Source: Candidatus Spongiisociaceae bacterium
GTDB lineage: Bacteria > Actinomycetota > Acidimicrobiia > Spongiisociales > Spongiisociaceae
Length of the DNA: 64,000 bases
Direction: 5' to 3'
Assembly (NCBI GenBank): GCA_965219685.1
Contig: CBDCOH010000002.1
Location: forward strand, 2,144,001-2,208,000
Below, piece after piece: positions 1 to 9,325 of this stretch; the stretch's first letter is position 1, and every line of letters starts with the position of its first letter. The translations under genes were made by a program, and so were the position numbers. A model generated the notes under the pieces. That model ran no database searches. It worked only from the letters and a program-made list of their open reading frames with translations, and was not told the DNA's origin.

Positions 1-800
1 CCGATCACGATCTGGGCAGCTACGCGCTCGACTACGGCATGCGCGGGTTCGTCCTCAAGGACCATGACAGCGCTACCTTCCACCGGGCCGCCAACCTCAA
101 GCGCTCCATGCCCGGTATCAATCCGATCGGTGCGATCGTGCTGAACCGATCGGTCGGCGGCATCAACCCTTATGTCGTCGAGGCAGCCCTCCAGTACGGG
201 GCCAAGGTGATCTGGATGCCCAGCAACCACTCCAAGCATCACGACGACTACTTCGGGATACCGGACTACCCGCAACTCGGCCGGATGCAGCGCCAACTCC
301 CCGGGCCCGGTGTCACCGTGCTCGATGCGAATGGCCGCTTGACCGAAGACGCCAAGACGGTGATCAAGCTGGTCGCGGACGCGGGTGCCTGCCTCTGCAC
401 CGGACACCTGAACCTCGACGAGACCCGGCTCGTATTGAAGGAAGCCAACCGGGTGGGACTCGAGAAGGTTCTCGTAACCCACGTCAACTGGGCCCTGACC
501 AAGTACGACCTCGATATCCAGCGGGAACTCGTCGATGCAGGGGCATACCTGGAGATCGTTGCGATAACGTGCACATCGCCGACGTTCTACGAACAGACTC
601 CGGCAGAGCTCGCACCGGTGATCGACGCCCACGGCGGCGAGAGGCTGATCCTCAGTTCCGACCTCGGCCAGGGCTCCGGCCCGCCACATCCCGAGGGAAT
701 CCGTATGGCCGTCTACTCACTTCTCGACGAGGGCGTCGACTACAGCGCCCTGGAGAAGATGACCAAGGAAAACCCCGCTTACCTGACGGGCCTCGGTTGA
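1..800 (+). CDS. DUF6282-like amidohydrolase/phosphotriesterase-fold protein (5'-truncated)
   Basis: Frame is open upstream of ATG39 to the window edge. Motifs GFVLKDH, GAIVLN..VGGINP..VE, TGHL, VTH, SSDLGQ fit a TIM-barrel metallohydrolase of the DUF6282 type. Confidence 0.7.
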   Translation, partial: DHDLGSYALDYGMRGFVLKDHDSATFHRAANLKRSMPGINPIGAIVLNRSVGGINPYVVEAALQYGAKVIWMPSNHSKHHDDYFGIPDYPQLGRMQRQLPGPGVTVLDANGRLTEDAKTVIKLVADAGACLCTGHLNLDETRLVLKEANRVGLEKVLVTHVNWALTKYDLDIQRELVDAGAYLEIVAITCTSPTFYEQTPAELAPVIDAHGGERLILSSDLGQGSGPPHPEGIRMAVYSLLDEGVDYSALEKMTKENPAYLTGLG

Positions 801-904
801 TGGCGGGACGCCCGGCCCGGTTCGCTCCGCCTCCGACAGCCACCCGTTCCCGGCGCACCGGTGACGGTCCGCTGCGGATCCGGTCCTTCCCAGATCGGTC
901 CTGA

Positions 905-2500
905 TTGGCCCGGACGGTGCGCCCGCACGTCCACAACTCCGCTGAGGAAGGGGCGGAACAGGACCGGACCCGATCAGACGCAGGGGAAAACGGCACCGCG
1001 CCGGTGCTGCGAATGGAGGGCATCCGCAAGACCTATCCAGGCGTGGTCGCCAACGACAACGTCGATCTGGACGTGTATCCGGGAGAGATCCACGGCCTTC
1101 TAGGCGAGAACGGCGCCGGGAAGACGACCTTGATGAAGATCCTCTACGGTCTGGCACAGCCCGATGCGGGATCGATCGAGATCAAGGGACGCCCGACCGC
1201 CGTTCGCTCCCCCAAGGACGCCGTAGAGGCCGGCATCGGCATGGTCCACCAGCACTTCATGCTCGTGCCGGACATGACCGTGGCCGAGAACGTGGCTCTC
1301 GGATTCCGAACGGAACGCTATCCGCTCACCGACCTGGGGAGAATCTCGGCTGATGTGACGGAACTGTCACGCATCCACGGACTCGATGTTGACCCGAATG
1401 CCGTCGTCGAAGATCTCTCGGTCGGGACGAGACAGCGGGTGGAGATCCTGAAATTGCTGCACCGGTCGGCCGAAATCCTGATCCTCGACGAGCCTACGTC
1501 GGTACTGACACCCCAGGAGTGGGACGACCTGGCCGAGGTGCTTCGGTCACTCGTGGCGGAGGGTCGGGCCGCGGTGTTCATCACCCACAAGCTGGACGAG
1601 GTGATGGAAGTGGCGGACCGGTGTACCGTTCTGCGCGACGGAGCCGTCGTGGGAACGGTGAACGTGAAAGACACCGACAAGGCCTCCCTCGCGAGGATGA
1701 TGGTCGGTCGCCCGGTCGTCTTCCGGGCCGAGCGCGTTGAGGTGGAGCCGGGTGACCCGGTGCTCGAGGTTCGCGATCTGTCGCTCACCGATAGCGGCGG
1801 CAAGGCGGTCCTCGACAGAATCACGTTCGAGGTTCGGGCCGGGGAGATTCTTGGCGTCGCCGGAGTCGACGGGAATGGGCAGACGCAGCTGGTCGATGTC
1901 CTCACCGGCATGATCCGGCCCACCACCGGACGGATCCTCATCGCGGGCGAAGAGGTGGATCACCTCACTCCGGCCGGATTCCGGCGCCTATCCGGCGGGG
2001 TCATCACGGAGGACCGGCACCACACCGGACTCGCCCTGGATCTCTCCCTACGCGACAACCTGATCATGCGCGACTACCGGGACCGGCCGCTCTCATCCCG
2101 CGGTCTGCTCGACCTGGGTTCCATCCGGGATCATTGCCTCAACCTGATCCGCCGCTTCGATGTAAGGACCCCCGGCCAGACGATCAGGATGCGCCAGCTC
2201 TCCGGGGGTAACCAGCAGAAGTCGATACTGGCCCGGGAACTACACGCGGCCCCGAACCTGCTCGTAGCGTCGCAACCGACCCGGGGCTTGGACGTAGGGG
2301 CCATGGAGTTCGTCTATTCGACCCTGCTCGAACGCAAACGCGCCGGGTCCGCCCTGTTGCTCATCTCCACCGAACTCGACGAGATCCTCTCCCTCAGCGA
2401 CCGGATCGCGGTGATCGCAAACGGGCGATTCCTACGTATCCTTGCTGCAGACGACGCGGATGCCGAGACTCTCGGGCTCCTGATGGGAGGTGCGGTCTAG
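905..2500 (+). CDS. ABC transporter ATP-binding protein (nucleoside/CUT2, YufO-like, two ATPase domains)
   Basis: GENGAGKTT Walker A, LSVG and LSGGNQQK signatures, ILDEPT. The true start may be nearer 1004-1013. Confidence 0.93.
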   Translation: MARTVRPHVHNSAEEGAEQDRTRSDAGENGTAPVLRMEGIRKTYPGVVANDNVDLDVYPGEIHGLLGENGAGKTTLMKILYGLAQPDAGSIEIKGRPTAVRSPKDAVEAGIGMVHQHFMLVPDMTVAENVALGFRTERYPLTDLGRISADVTELSRIHGLDVDPNAVVEDLSVGTRQRVEILKLLHRSAEILILDEPTSVLTPQEWDDLAEVLRSLVAEGRAAVFITHKLDEVMEVADRCTVLRDGAVVGTVNVKDTDKASLARMMVGRPVVFRAERVEVEPGDPVLEVRDLSLTDSGGKAVLDRITFEVRAGEILGVAGVDGNGQTQLVDVLTGMIRPTTGRILIAGEEVDHLTPAGFRRLSGGVITEDRHHTGLALDLSLRDNLIMRDYRDRPLSSRGLLDLGSIRDHCLNLIRRFDVRTPGQTIRMRQLSGGNQQKSILARELHAAPNLLVASQPTRGLDVGAMEFVYSTLLERKRAGSALLLISTELDEILSLSDRIAVIANGRFLRILAADDADAETLGLLMGGAV

Positions 2501-2675
2501 TGGCCTGCCTGCAAGACAACAGGCATCGCCCGGCTTGCCATCGATCGGCCTCGCTGCGTTCCGCCTCCTCGACGTACCGCTGCAGGTACGCCCTCGGCGG
2601 CGGGCCCGGCGAGAAACGGGGCTTCCGGCGCACGTCTCGGTGCCGTTTCACATACAGACCACCGGTGCCAGATCG

Positions 2676-3776
2676 ATGAACCCCGTGGCGCGCAAACTGT
2701 TGCTGAACGGAGCAATCGCCATCGGCCCGGTCTTCGCCGCTCTGATCGTTGCCGCGATCGTGCTGGCGATGGCGGGTGCGCCACCTCTTGAGGCGCTCAA
2801 CGCGCTCCTGGCCGGATCGCTCGGGGGGCGTATCCAACTGGCCCGCACGCTCAGCTTCCTCGTCCCGCTGGTCCTCATCGCGCTGGCCTGGATCATCGCC
2901 TTCAGCACCAAACGCATCAACCTCGGACTCGAGGGTCAGATAATCGTCGGCGGGATCCTCGCCACCCTGGTCGGGCTGCATATCGGTCTCCCCACCGGCG
3001 CCCACATCATGGTCGGGACGGTCGCAGGCGCGGTCGCAGGCGCGCTGTACGCGGGGATTGCAGCCTGGTTCTGGGCGAAGCGGGATGTGAACGAGATCAT
3101 CTCGACCCTGATGCTGACGCTGATCGCCGCGGAGGCTCTCAGTTGGCTGGTGCGAGGACCTATGCAGGAACCGGGGGTCGTATTCCCGAGGAGCAGCGAG
3201 GTCGCGGAGACTGCCCAATGGGGGACGATCGTCGCGAACAGTGCCCTCACCTGGGATATCCTGCTGGTCCCGGTGGCCGTGATCGCGGTCGCCTTCCTGC
3301 AGAACCGAACCACGTTCGGCCTGACCCTCCGCATCACCGGCGCCAATCCGGCCGCTGCGCGGCGCGTTGGTATCAAGACCGTGCGGACCAACGTTCTGTC
3401 CCTGATCCTGTCAGGCGGCATCGCAGGGATAGTCGGTGCATCCCTCGTCCTGGGAGGGGAGACCGCTCGCATGGGCGATGGGTTCTCCGCCGGGTTCGGA
3501 TTCGAGGGAATCGTCGTGGCGCTCGTGGCCCGGAACAACCCGTTCGGGGCTGTGCCGGCGGCACTCCTCTTCGCCGTGCTCGACTCGGGCAGCGGCCTGA
3601 TGGAGACCCGGGTCGGGATCGCTTCGGAACTCGTCTACGTGACCCAGGGTCTGGTGATCCTGTTCGTCGCCGGCACGTCGTACCTCTACAACCGGGCCAG
3701 GCGGACCCGGGTCGATGCTTCCGACGCGAGGCCGGTCGCTCCGGTAGCGGCAACCGAAGTGGCAGGCCCGCGCTGA
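2676..3776 (+). CDS. ABC transporter permease (nucleoside-type, YufP-like)
   Basis: NLGLEGQ, VNEIISTLML and GFEGIVVALVARNNP motifs; hydrophobic. ATG at 2676. Confidence 0.9.
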   Translation: MNPVARKLLLNGAIAIGPVFAALIVAAIVLAMAGAPPLEALNALLAGSLGGRIQLARTLSFLVPLVLIALAWIIAFSTKRINLGLEGQIIVGGILATLVGLHIGLPTGAHIMVGTVAGAVAGALYAGIAAWFWAKRDVNEIISTLMLTLIAAEALSWLVRGPMQEPGVVFPRSSEVAETAQWGTIVANSALTWDILLVPVAVIAVAFLQNRTTFGLTLRITGANPAAARRVGIKTVRTNVLSLILSGGIAGIVGASLVLGGETARMGDGFSAGFGFEGIVVALVARNNPFGAVPAALLFAVLDSGSGLMETRVGIASELVYVTQGLVILFVAGTSYLYNRARRTRVDASDARPVAPVAATEVAGPR

Positions 3777-4852
3777 TGGGAGTGTTCGACGCCTTCTGGC
3801 TGGCCACCACCCTCCGTCTCTCGACGCCGTTGATCCTCGCATCCAGCGGCGAACTGCTCGCCGAACGCACCGGTGTGCTCAACATCGGCCTCGAGGGCTT
3901 CATGCTGGCGGGCGCCTTTTTCGGGTTCCTGGGGACCTACCTGTCAGGGAGTTTCCTGGTGGGGATCGTTTTCGCGATCGTGGCCGGGGTGATCTTCGCA
4001 GCCGCCATGGCGTTTCTATCGATCCGTCTCAGCGCGGACCAGATAGTTGTGGGGATCGGCATCAACATCCTGGCGCTGGGGTTGACCTCATTCGTGTTCC
4101 GCGAAGTGTTCAGCGGGCCGCAGGTGCTCCTGGAGCGTCCGGCGCCATGGAGATGGCCGATCCTGTCCGGCATCCCGGGGATCGGCGAAGCCCTGTTCGC
4201 TCAGCCCGGATGGGTGTACGCGGCCCTGGTCGTCGTGGTGGCCGTGTGGTTCGTCCTGCAGCGCACCACGTGGGGACTCTCGATGAGGGCCACCGGCGAG
4301 TTGCCCGAGGCAGCCGACACGGCCGGCTCCAGCGTCTTCCGCAACCGCTGGGTCGCCACCCTGGTGGCCGGCGGTCTGGCAGGCGCAGGCGGGTCATTCC
4401 TTTCCATCGAACTCGGAGTATTCATCGAGGGAATGACCAACGGGCGAGGCTACCTGGCCCTGGCGGCCGTCATATTCGGACGGTGGCGCGCCCCCGGCGT
4501 CCTGCTGGCGTGCCTCCTCTTCGGAGGGGCCGACGCTCTGCAACTCCGGCTCCAGGCCGAGGCCACCGTTCCCTTGGAGGTCTGGCTGGTGCTGGCCCTG
4601 CTCGGTCCTGCCTACCTGGTGGCCCGAAGGCGGTCGATGAGATCCCACCATCCCCTAGCGCTGGCCGCCATAGCTTGTGTCACTTTGCTCGGCATCGCCC
4701 TCGCGCTAGCCCAACCTCAATTCACCCTTCCCGCACAGCTCTGGCGGACTTTCCCGTTCGTTCTCACGATCGTGGTCCTGGCGGGATTCATCGGGCGATC
4801 GTGGATGCCTTCGACCCTGGCCATCCCGTACAGCCGGGAGTCCGACACCTGA
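3776..4852 (+). CDS. ABC transporter permease (nucleoside-type, YufQ-like)
   Basis: ERTGVLNIGLEG and GRGYLALAAVIFGRW motifs. TGATG translational coupling at 3774-3778. Confidence 0.9.
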   Translation: MGVFDAFWLATTLRLSTPLILASSGELLAERTGVLNIGLEGFMLAGAFFGFLGTYLSGSFLVGIVFAIVAGVIFAAAMAFLSIRLSADQIVVGIGINILALGLTSFVFREVFSGPQVLLERPAPWRWPILSGIPGIGEALFAQPGWVYAALVVVVAVWFVLQRTTWGLSMRATGELPEAADTAGSSVFRNRWVATLVAGGLAGAGGSFLSIELGVFIEGMTNGRGYLALAAVIFGRWRAPGVLLACLLFGGADALQLRLQAEATVPLEVWLVLALLGPAYLVARRRSMRSHHPLALAAIACVTLLGIALALAQPQFTLPAQLWRTFPFVLTIVVLAGFIGRSWMPSTLAIPYSRESDT

Positions 4853-4930
4853 CACACCTCTGCCCGGTAGAGTTCGTCTTTCACGAAGCGAGAGCCAGAT
4901 GTCGCACTGCGGAGACGATCCTAGAATCGA

Positions 4931-4970
4931 ACCGTCTTTCGTGACTCGGGACCGTCTTTCGTGACTCGGG
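4931..4970. repeat. Perfect 20-bp tandem repeat (ACCGTCTTTCGTGACTCGGG x2) upstream of a BMP lipoprotein gene
   Basis: Read directly at 4931-4950 and 4951-4970. Confidence 0.9.
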
Positions 4971-4998
4971 ACGGAAGGCTCGCAACACAGGAGGGATC

Positions 4999-5991
4999 GT
5001 GAGAGGAAAGGCATCGGCATTCCGGAGAGGGTTGCTAGCGGTCATGTTGGCCTTGGCCGTGGTCGCCGCGGCATGCGCCGAGGAAGAGGAGTCGGATGAA
5101 CTGACCGTGGGTATGGCATTGCCCGGTCCGAAGAACGACAAAGGCTTCTCGCAGGCGCACTACGACGGCCTCCTTCTGGTGGAGAGCGAACTCGGCGCGG
5201 TTATCTCCGTGCAGGAGAGCGTCCTGGATCCCCAGGCCCGGGTCGAGGCGCTACGCGACCTCGCCCAGGACAACGAACTGGTCATCGGTGTCGGAGCCGA
5301 ATTCGCCGAGCCGGGCGTGACCGTTGCCCCGCAGTTCCCCGACACCACTTTCATGGTGATCAACGGACAGACCTCCGACGCCGACAACCTCTTCGTGTAC
5401 GGCGTGCGGGAAGGCGTGCCCGCCTACATCGCCGGTGTCGTGGCCGCTCAGTTGACGACCTCCAACCAGGCCGGGTTCGTGGGCGGCGAGGAGATACCAC
5501 CCCTCTACATGGCGGATGACGGATTCTCCGCCGGGCTGAAGTCGGTGAACCCGGACATCGAGATCGCATCGACGATCGTCGGTTCCTTCATCGATCCCCA
5601 GGGGGCCTTCGCGGCCGCGTCGGCTCAGTTGGCAGCCGGAGCGGATGTCATCTACAGCTACGTCGACTCGGGCATCGCCGGAGTCATCGAGGCGATCGGC
5701 GACGCCGGTGGGAATGCGCTGACCTTCGGCATCATCTTCCCCCGTTGCGCCGACTTCCCGGAGATCGTGGGCACTTCCATCCTCAACGCGTCGGGTCTGG
5801 TACTCACCATGACCAACGACTACGTGAACGACACGGTTCCCGATCAGCCCCAGTTCTTCGGGGTCGAGAACCCGGATGTGCAGCGGTTCGAGCTTTGCCC
5901 GGACCATGCCACCGACGAGTTGCAGCAGATCGTCGACGATACGACCGCCGGCATCAACGACGGCTCGATCCAGTTGCCGGCCGGGGTCTGA
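4999..5991 (+). CDS. BMP-family ABC substrate-binding lipoprotein
   Basis: Lipobox VAAAC, GPKNDKGFSQ, and GFVGGEEIP motifs of the BMP/PnrA family. Confidence 0.9.
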   Translation: MRGKASAFRRGLLAVMLALAVVAAACAEEEESDELTVGMALPGPKNDKGFSQAHYDGLLLVESELGAVISVQESVLDPQARVEALRDLAQDNELVIGVGAEFAEPGVTVAPQFPDTTFMVINGQTSDADNLFVYGVREGVPAYIAGVVAAQLTTSNQAGFVGGEEIPPLYMADDGFSAGLKSVNPDIEIASTIVGSFIDPQGAFAAASAQLAAGADVIYSYVDSGIAGVIEAIGDAGGNALTFGIIFPRCADFPEIVGTSILNASGLVLTMTNDYVNDTVPDQPQFFGVENPDVQRFELCPDHATDELQQIVDDTTAGINDGSIQLPAGV

Positions 5992-6136
5992 GCGATACCG
6001 GGAGACAGGTTTATCAGGGTTCGCTGGTTGGCCGACTACCAGGTCTGAGAGCCGTGGGCTGACGGCGAACCCCTACCTGCACGGTCTTACCCTGCCGGAG
6101 CCGGATCATGACGACGGCGACGTCAGCCCTCGACAC

Positions 6137-7228
6137 TCACGGGAAGGAGATCACGCTCCGGATGGTCTCCCCCCGGTTCATGGCGCCGAAGGCTGTACCG
6201 ACGTCGTCGAGTCCGATCTTCTCGGTGACCAGGCCATCCAGGTCAAGTTTCCCGTCGAGGTACCAGTCGATGAGTTGGGGAAAGTCGCGTGATGCGAGCG
6301 AGTCACCATTGAGCGAGACCTTGAGGGTAGTGCCGGGGAAGAAGAAGGCCTGCATGGGGATGGACAGAACCTCTTCCGCGGAAGGAAACCCGATCAGCAC
6401 CGCGGTGCCCCGGTAGTCAATCACCTTTACGCACTGGCGCATGGTGGCGGCGAGACCCACCGCGTCGAAAGCGTAGTCCACTCCCCTGCCGCCGGTGAGT
6501 TCCCGTATCGCTTCGACGGGATCCGCCGAGGAGGCGTCGACGAGGTCGGTAGCGCCGAACGAGCGCGCCCAGTCGAGTTTTCTCGACACCAGGTCCACCG
6601 CGATTATCCGGCTGGCTCGCGCCAGGCGAGCTCCCTGAATCACGTTGATCCCGACTCCGCCGGCTCCGAACACGGCGACGCTCGCCCCGGGTTCGACCCC
6701 GGCCGTTCGAAGCACCGATCCGACGCCTGTCGAAACCGCACATCCGAGTAGGGACGCCTGCTCGGGAGGGCAGTCGGTGGAGACCGGGATCGCTTGTGGC
6801 GCGGCAGCAACCAGGTACTCGGAGAAGGTGCCCAGGCCCAGAGCGGGGGTGAGGCCCCTTCCGTCTACCGTCTCAGGTCGCGTTGCGGCTTCAACTGGCC
6901 TACGACAGTGGTCGACTCGACCGGCCAGGCAGGAAACGCACGCGTGGCATGGTGCCCGGTAGGTGAGCACCACGAATTGGCCGACTCGACGGGTAACAAC
7001 CCCCTCCCCTACCGCCTCGATGTAGCCGGAGCCTTCATGGCCCAGCAAGAACGGGAAGTCGTCTCCCAGGTGGCCGTCCACGTAGTGCATGTCGCTGTGA
7101 CAGACTCCGCTGGCTGCGACCCGTACTAGGACTTCCCCCGGACCGGGATCCCGGCCCCGGAGCTCCTCGACCCTGAAGGGCCCGCCCTTAGCTACGGCCA
7201 CCACTCCACGCCCGGCTCCAGAACCCAC
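6137..7228 (-). CDS. Zn-dependent alcohol dehydrogenase, S-(hydroxymethyl)mycothiol/formaldehyde dehydrogenase-like
   Basis: GVCHSD, DDFPFLLGHEG, structural-Zn CxxCxxC..C, GAGGVG, and RDFPQLIDWYLDGKLDLD. These resemble actinobacterial MscR/AdhE2. GTG start follows GGAGGAG. Confidence 0.82.
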   Translation of the reverse strand: MGSGAGRGVVAVAKGGPFRVEELRGRDPGPGEVLVRVAASGVCHSDMHYVDGHLGDDFPFLLGHEGSGYIEAVGEGVVTRRVGQFVVLTYRAPCHACVSCLAGRVDHCRRPVEAATRPETVDGRGLTPALGLGTFSEYLVAAAPQAIPVSTDCPPEQASLLGCAVSTGVGSVLRTAGVEPGASVAVFGAGGVGINVIQGARLARASRIIAVDLVSRKLDWARSFGATDLVDASSADPVEAIRELTGGRGVDYAFDAVGLAATMRQCVKVIDYRGTAVLIGFPSAEEVLSIPMQAFFFPGTTLKVSLNGDSLASRDFPQLIDWYLDGKLDLDGLVTEKIGLDDVGTAFGAMNRGETIRSVISFP

Positions 7229-7429
7229 GTCTCCTCCCTTCCTGATTGCCTCCGGCTCCCCCTCGGCACGCGACGCTTCGATCGGGCTTCCCGACGATAG
7301 CGACCTATTCACGGCCCAACCCGAGAACGGCGGGGATGGGCAGATGCCTGAGCCGGTCCGGCATCGGCTCGCGTGATACGCTCGCGCAGGGTTGAAGCCC
7401 AGAGGTGCCGAGATCGGAGGGATGCTGCG

Positions 7430-8404
7430 ATGGGCGACGAACTGCGGAACTACTGGCATCCGGTGGCAAGGGTGGCAGCCATCGGCGCGAAGCCTGTACC
7501 GGCCACCCTGCTGGGCGAACAGTTGGTCCTCTTCCGGTCCGGTGACGAGATCGTCGTGCTTCGGGACCTCTGCATCCACCGGGGAACGCCGCTCTCGCTC
7601 GGTTGGCTCGAGGGTGACGAGATAGTCTGCCACTATCACGGTTGGCGGTACGACAAGACCGGTGTCTGCACCCTCATCCCTACGCTTCCCCCCGGTGGTC
7701 GTATCCCACCCGCCGCCAGGGTTCCGAAGTACCGGTGCGAGCAGCGCTACGGGCTGCTCTGGGTGGCTCTCGAGGAACCCAAGCATCCGATTCCCGACTA
7801 CCCGGCATACGAGAGCCGGTCGATGACGACGGTGCTCTACGATGACTTTCGCTGGAAGGCCAACGCTGCCCGGGTCATCGAGAACGTGCTGGACTACACA
7901 CACTTCCCATGGGTGCACGACGGCCTCCTGGGTCAGCGCGACGAGCCCATGTATCCCCATGTGCGGCCGGAGATCTTCGGTGACGGGTTCACCTACGACG
8001 TCCCGGACGACCGCAACAACACCATCCGCACCTACCGCCTGTTCCTTCCGTTCACGGTCACCCTCACCGTGACCACCCGGATACCGGACGAGGAGCGCCA
8101 CACCGAGTCGATGAGCCCCAAGGGCCGGAACTACTCGATGATGTTCACGTGCACCCCGGTGACGTCCAGGGACACCATCCAGTACTTCTTCACCTCGCGC
8201 GACTGGAACCTCACCAAGCCGGATGAGGACTGGTACGCATTCGACGCGGTCGTCATGTCCCAGGACCAGATGGTCGTGGAGAACCAGCGACCCGAAGAAC
8301 TGCCCCTCGACCTGACCGCCGAACTCCATCTGCGCGGTACCGACGCCGGGGCCCTGGCCTACCGCAGGATGCTGCGGGATCGCGGGGTCGCATGGCATCA
8401 CTAG
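7430..8404 (+). CDS. Rieske non-heme iron oxygenase alpha subunit (VanA/NdmA-like demethylase) #1
   Basis: YWHPV, CIHRG...CHYHGW Rieske motif, ENVLDYTHFPWVH mononuclear Fe site, C-terminal ENQRPEELPLD. Confidence 0.92.
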   Translation: MGDELRNYWHPVARVAAIGAKPVPATLLGEQLVLFRSGDEIVVLRDLCIHRGTPLSLGWLEGDEIVCHYHGWRYDKTGVCTLIPTLPPGGRIPPAARVPKYRCEQRYGLLWVALEEPKHPIPDYPAYESRSMTTVLYDDFRWKANAARVIENVLDYTHFPWVHDGLLGQRDEPMYPHVRPEIFGDGFTYDVPDDRNNTIRTYRLFLPFTVTLTVTTRIPDEERHTESMSPKGRNYSMMFTCTPVTSRDTIQYFFTSRDWNLTKPDEDWYAFDAVVMSQDQMVVENQRPEELPLDLTAELHLRGTDAGALAYRRMLRDRGVAWHH

Positions 8405-8409
8405 ACAAT

Positions 8410-8458
8410 TGGTTCCTAGTCGGTAGTCTATAGCTGTTAGGTGGTGATCGGTGGTTAA
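8410..8458 (+). repeat. Degenerate 7-bp tandem repeat tract after stop codon
   Basis: tggttcc tagtcgg tagtcta tagctgt taggtgg tgatcgg tggttaa. Confidence 0.6.
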
Positions 8459-8704
8459 CGTTAGATCAGATCATATGCCATCATCCGTCGCACTGTTTGG
8501 GTCTCACGTCCATGCCGCGGGTAGCTCTTCCCGAAATGGAAGCCCCGGGGGTCCGAGTCCACAACAGGAGCAGTACAAGTTACTGATGTGTTGCGCAGCG
8601 TTGCGTAGCGATCGTAGAGTACGGTCGCTTCCGGTCAGATCCCTTGGAACTACTCGTCTAGAAGGCACGGTTCTGGCGTGCCGCGCCCGCGGGGTGGGAG
8701 TTCC

Positions 8705-9268
8705 GTGCGCAGGCTGATCGTCGGCATTTCCGGATCGAGCGGCGCCATATACGGCGTGAGGCTCGTCGAGGTGCTGTCCACCGTTCCAGATGTCGAGACG
8801 CATGTGATCGTCTCGTCGGGAGCCGAGGCAACCATCTCCTACGAGACTGGCCGTGACCCGGCGCGTGTCCACGCGATGGCGGACCATGTCTACGGCAATT
8901 CGAAGGTCGGCGCCGGCCCGGCGTCCGGAACCTTCGTTACCGACGGGATGATCGTGGCGCCATGCTCGATGAAGACGTTGAGCTCGATCGCCAACAGCTA
9001 CGGCAACACCCTCATAGCCAGAGCAGCCGACGTCTGCCTCAAGGAGCGCCGCAAACTGGTCCTGGTCACCCGTGAGACCCCCCTCCACCTGGGGCACCTG
9101 AGGTTGATGAGTTCGGTCACCGAGGCCGGAGCCGTGGTGCTCCCGCCGGTCCCCGGCTTCTACACCCGACCCGAGTCGGTGGCGGATATCGTCGACCACA
9201 CGGTGACCAAGATCCTCGACCAGTTCGGGATCGAGGCGAACCTCATCGAGAGATGGGCAGGGATCTAG
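8705..9268 (+). CDS. ubiX: Flavin prenyltransferase
   Basis: GISGSSGAIYG, ASG, APCSMKTL, RAADVCLKERRKLVLVTRETP and PGFY are canonical UbiX motifs. Confidence 0.95.
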   Translation: MRRLIVGISGSSGAIYGVRLVEVLSTVPDVETHVIVSSGAEATISYETGRDPARVHAMADHVYGNSKVGAGPASGTFVTDGMIVAPCSMKTLSSIANSYGNTLIARAADVCLKERRKLVLVTRETPLHLGHLRLMSSVTEAGAVVLPPVPGFYTRPESVADIVDHTVTKILDQFGIEANLIERWAGI

Positions 9269-9314
9269 TTGGTGAGTGGTGAATGGTGAATAGTGAATAG
9301 TGAATGGTGATAGG
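9266..9314 (+). repeat. 7-bp tandem repeat tract (TGAATRG-like) beginning at the ubiX stop
   Basis: tagttgg tgagtgg tgaatgg tgaatag tgaatag tgaatgg tgatagg. Confidence 0.85.
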
Positions 9315-9325
9315 AGACGGGAGTT

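Noticed and set aside
6137-8401. 754-aa ORF as a single fusion protein
   Set aside because: Its N-terminal half is the antisense shadow of Rieske #1. ADH motifs begin only near 7228.
4931-9314. CRISPR array from the short repeats
   Set aside because: The repeats are adjacent tandem units without spacers, and there are no cas genes.
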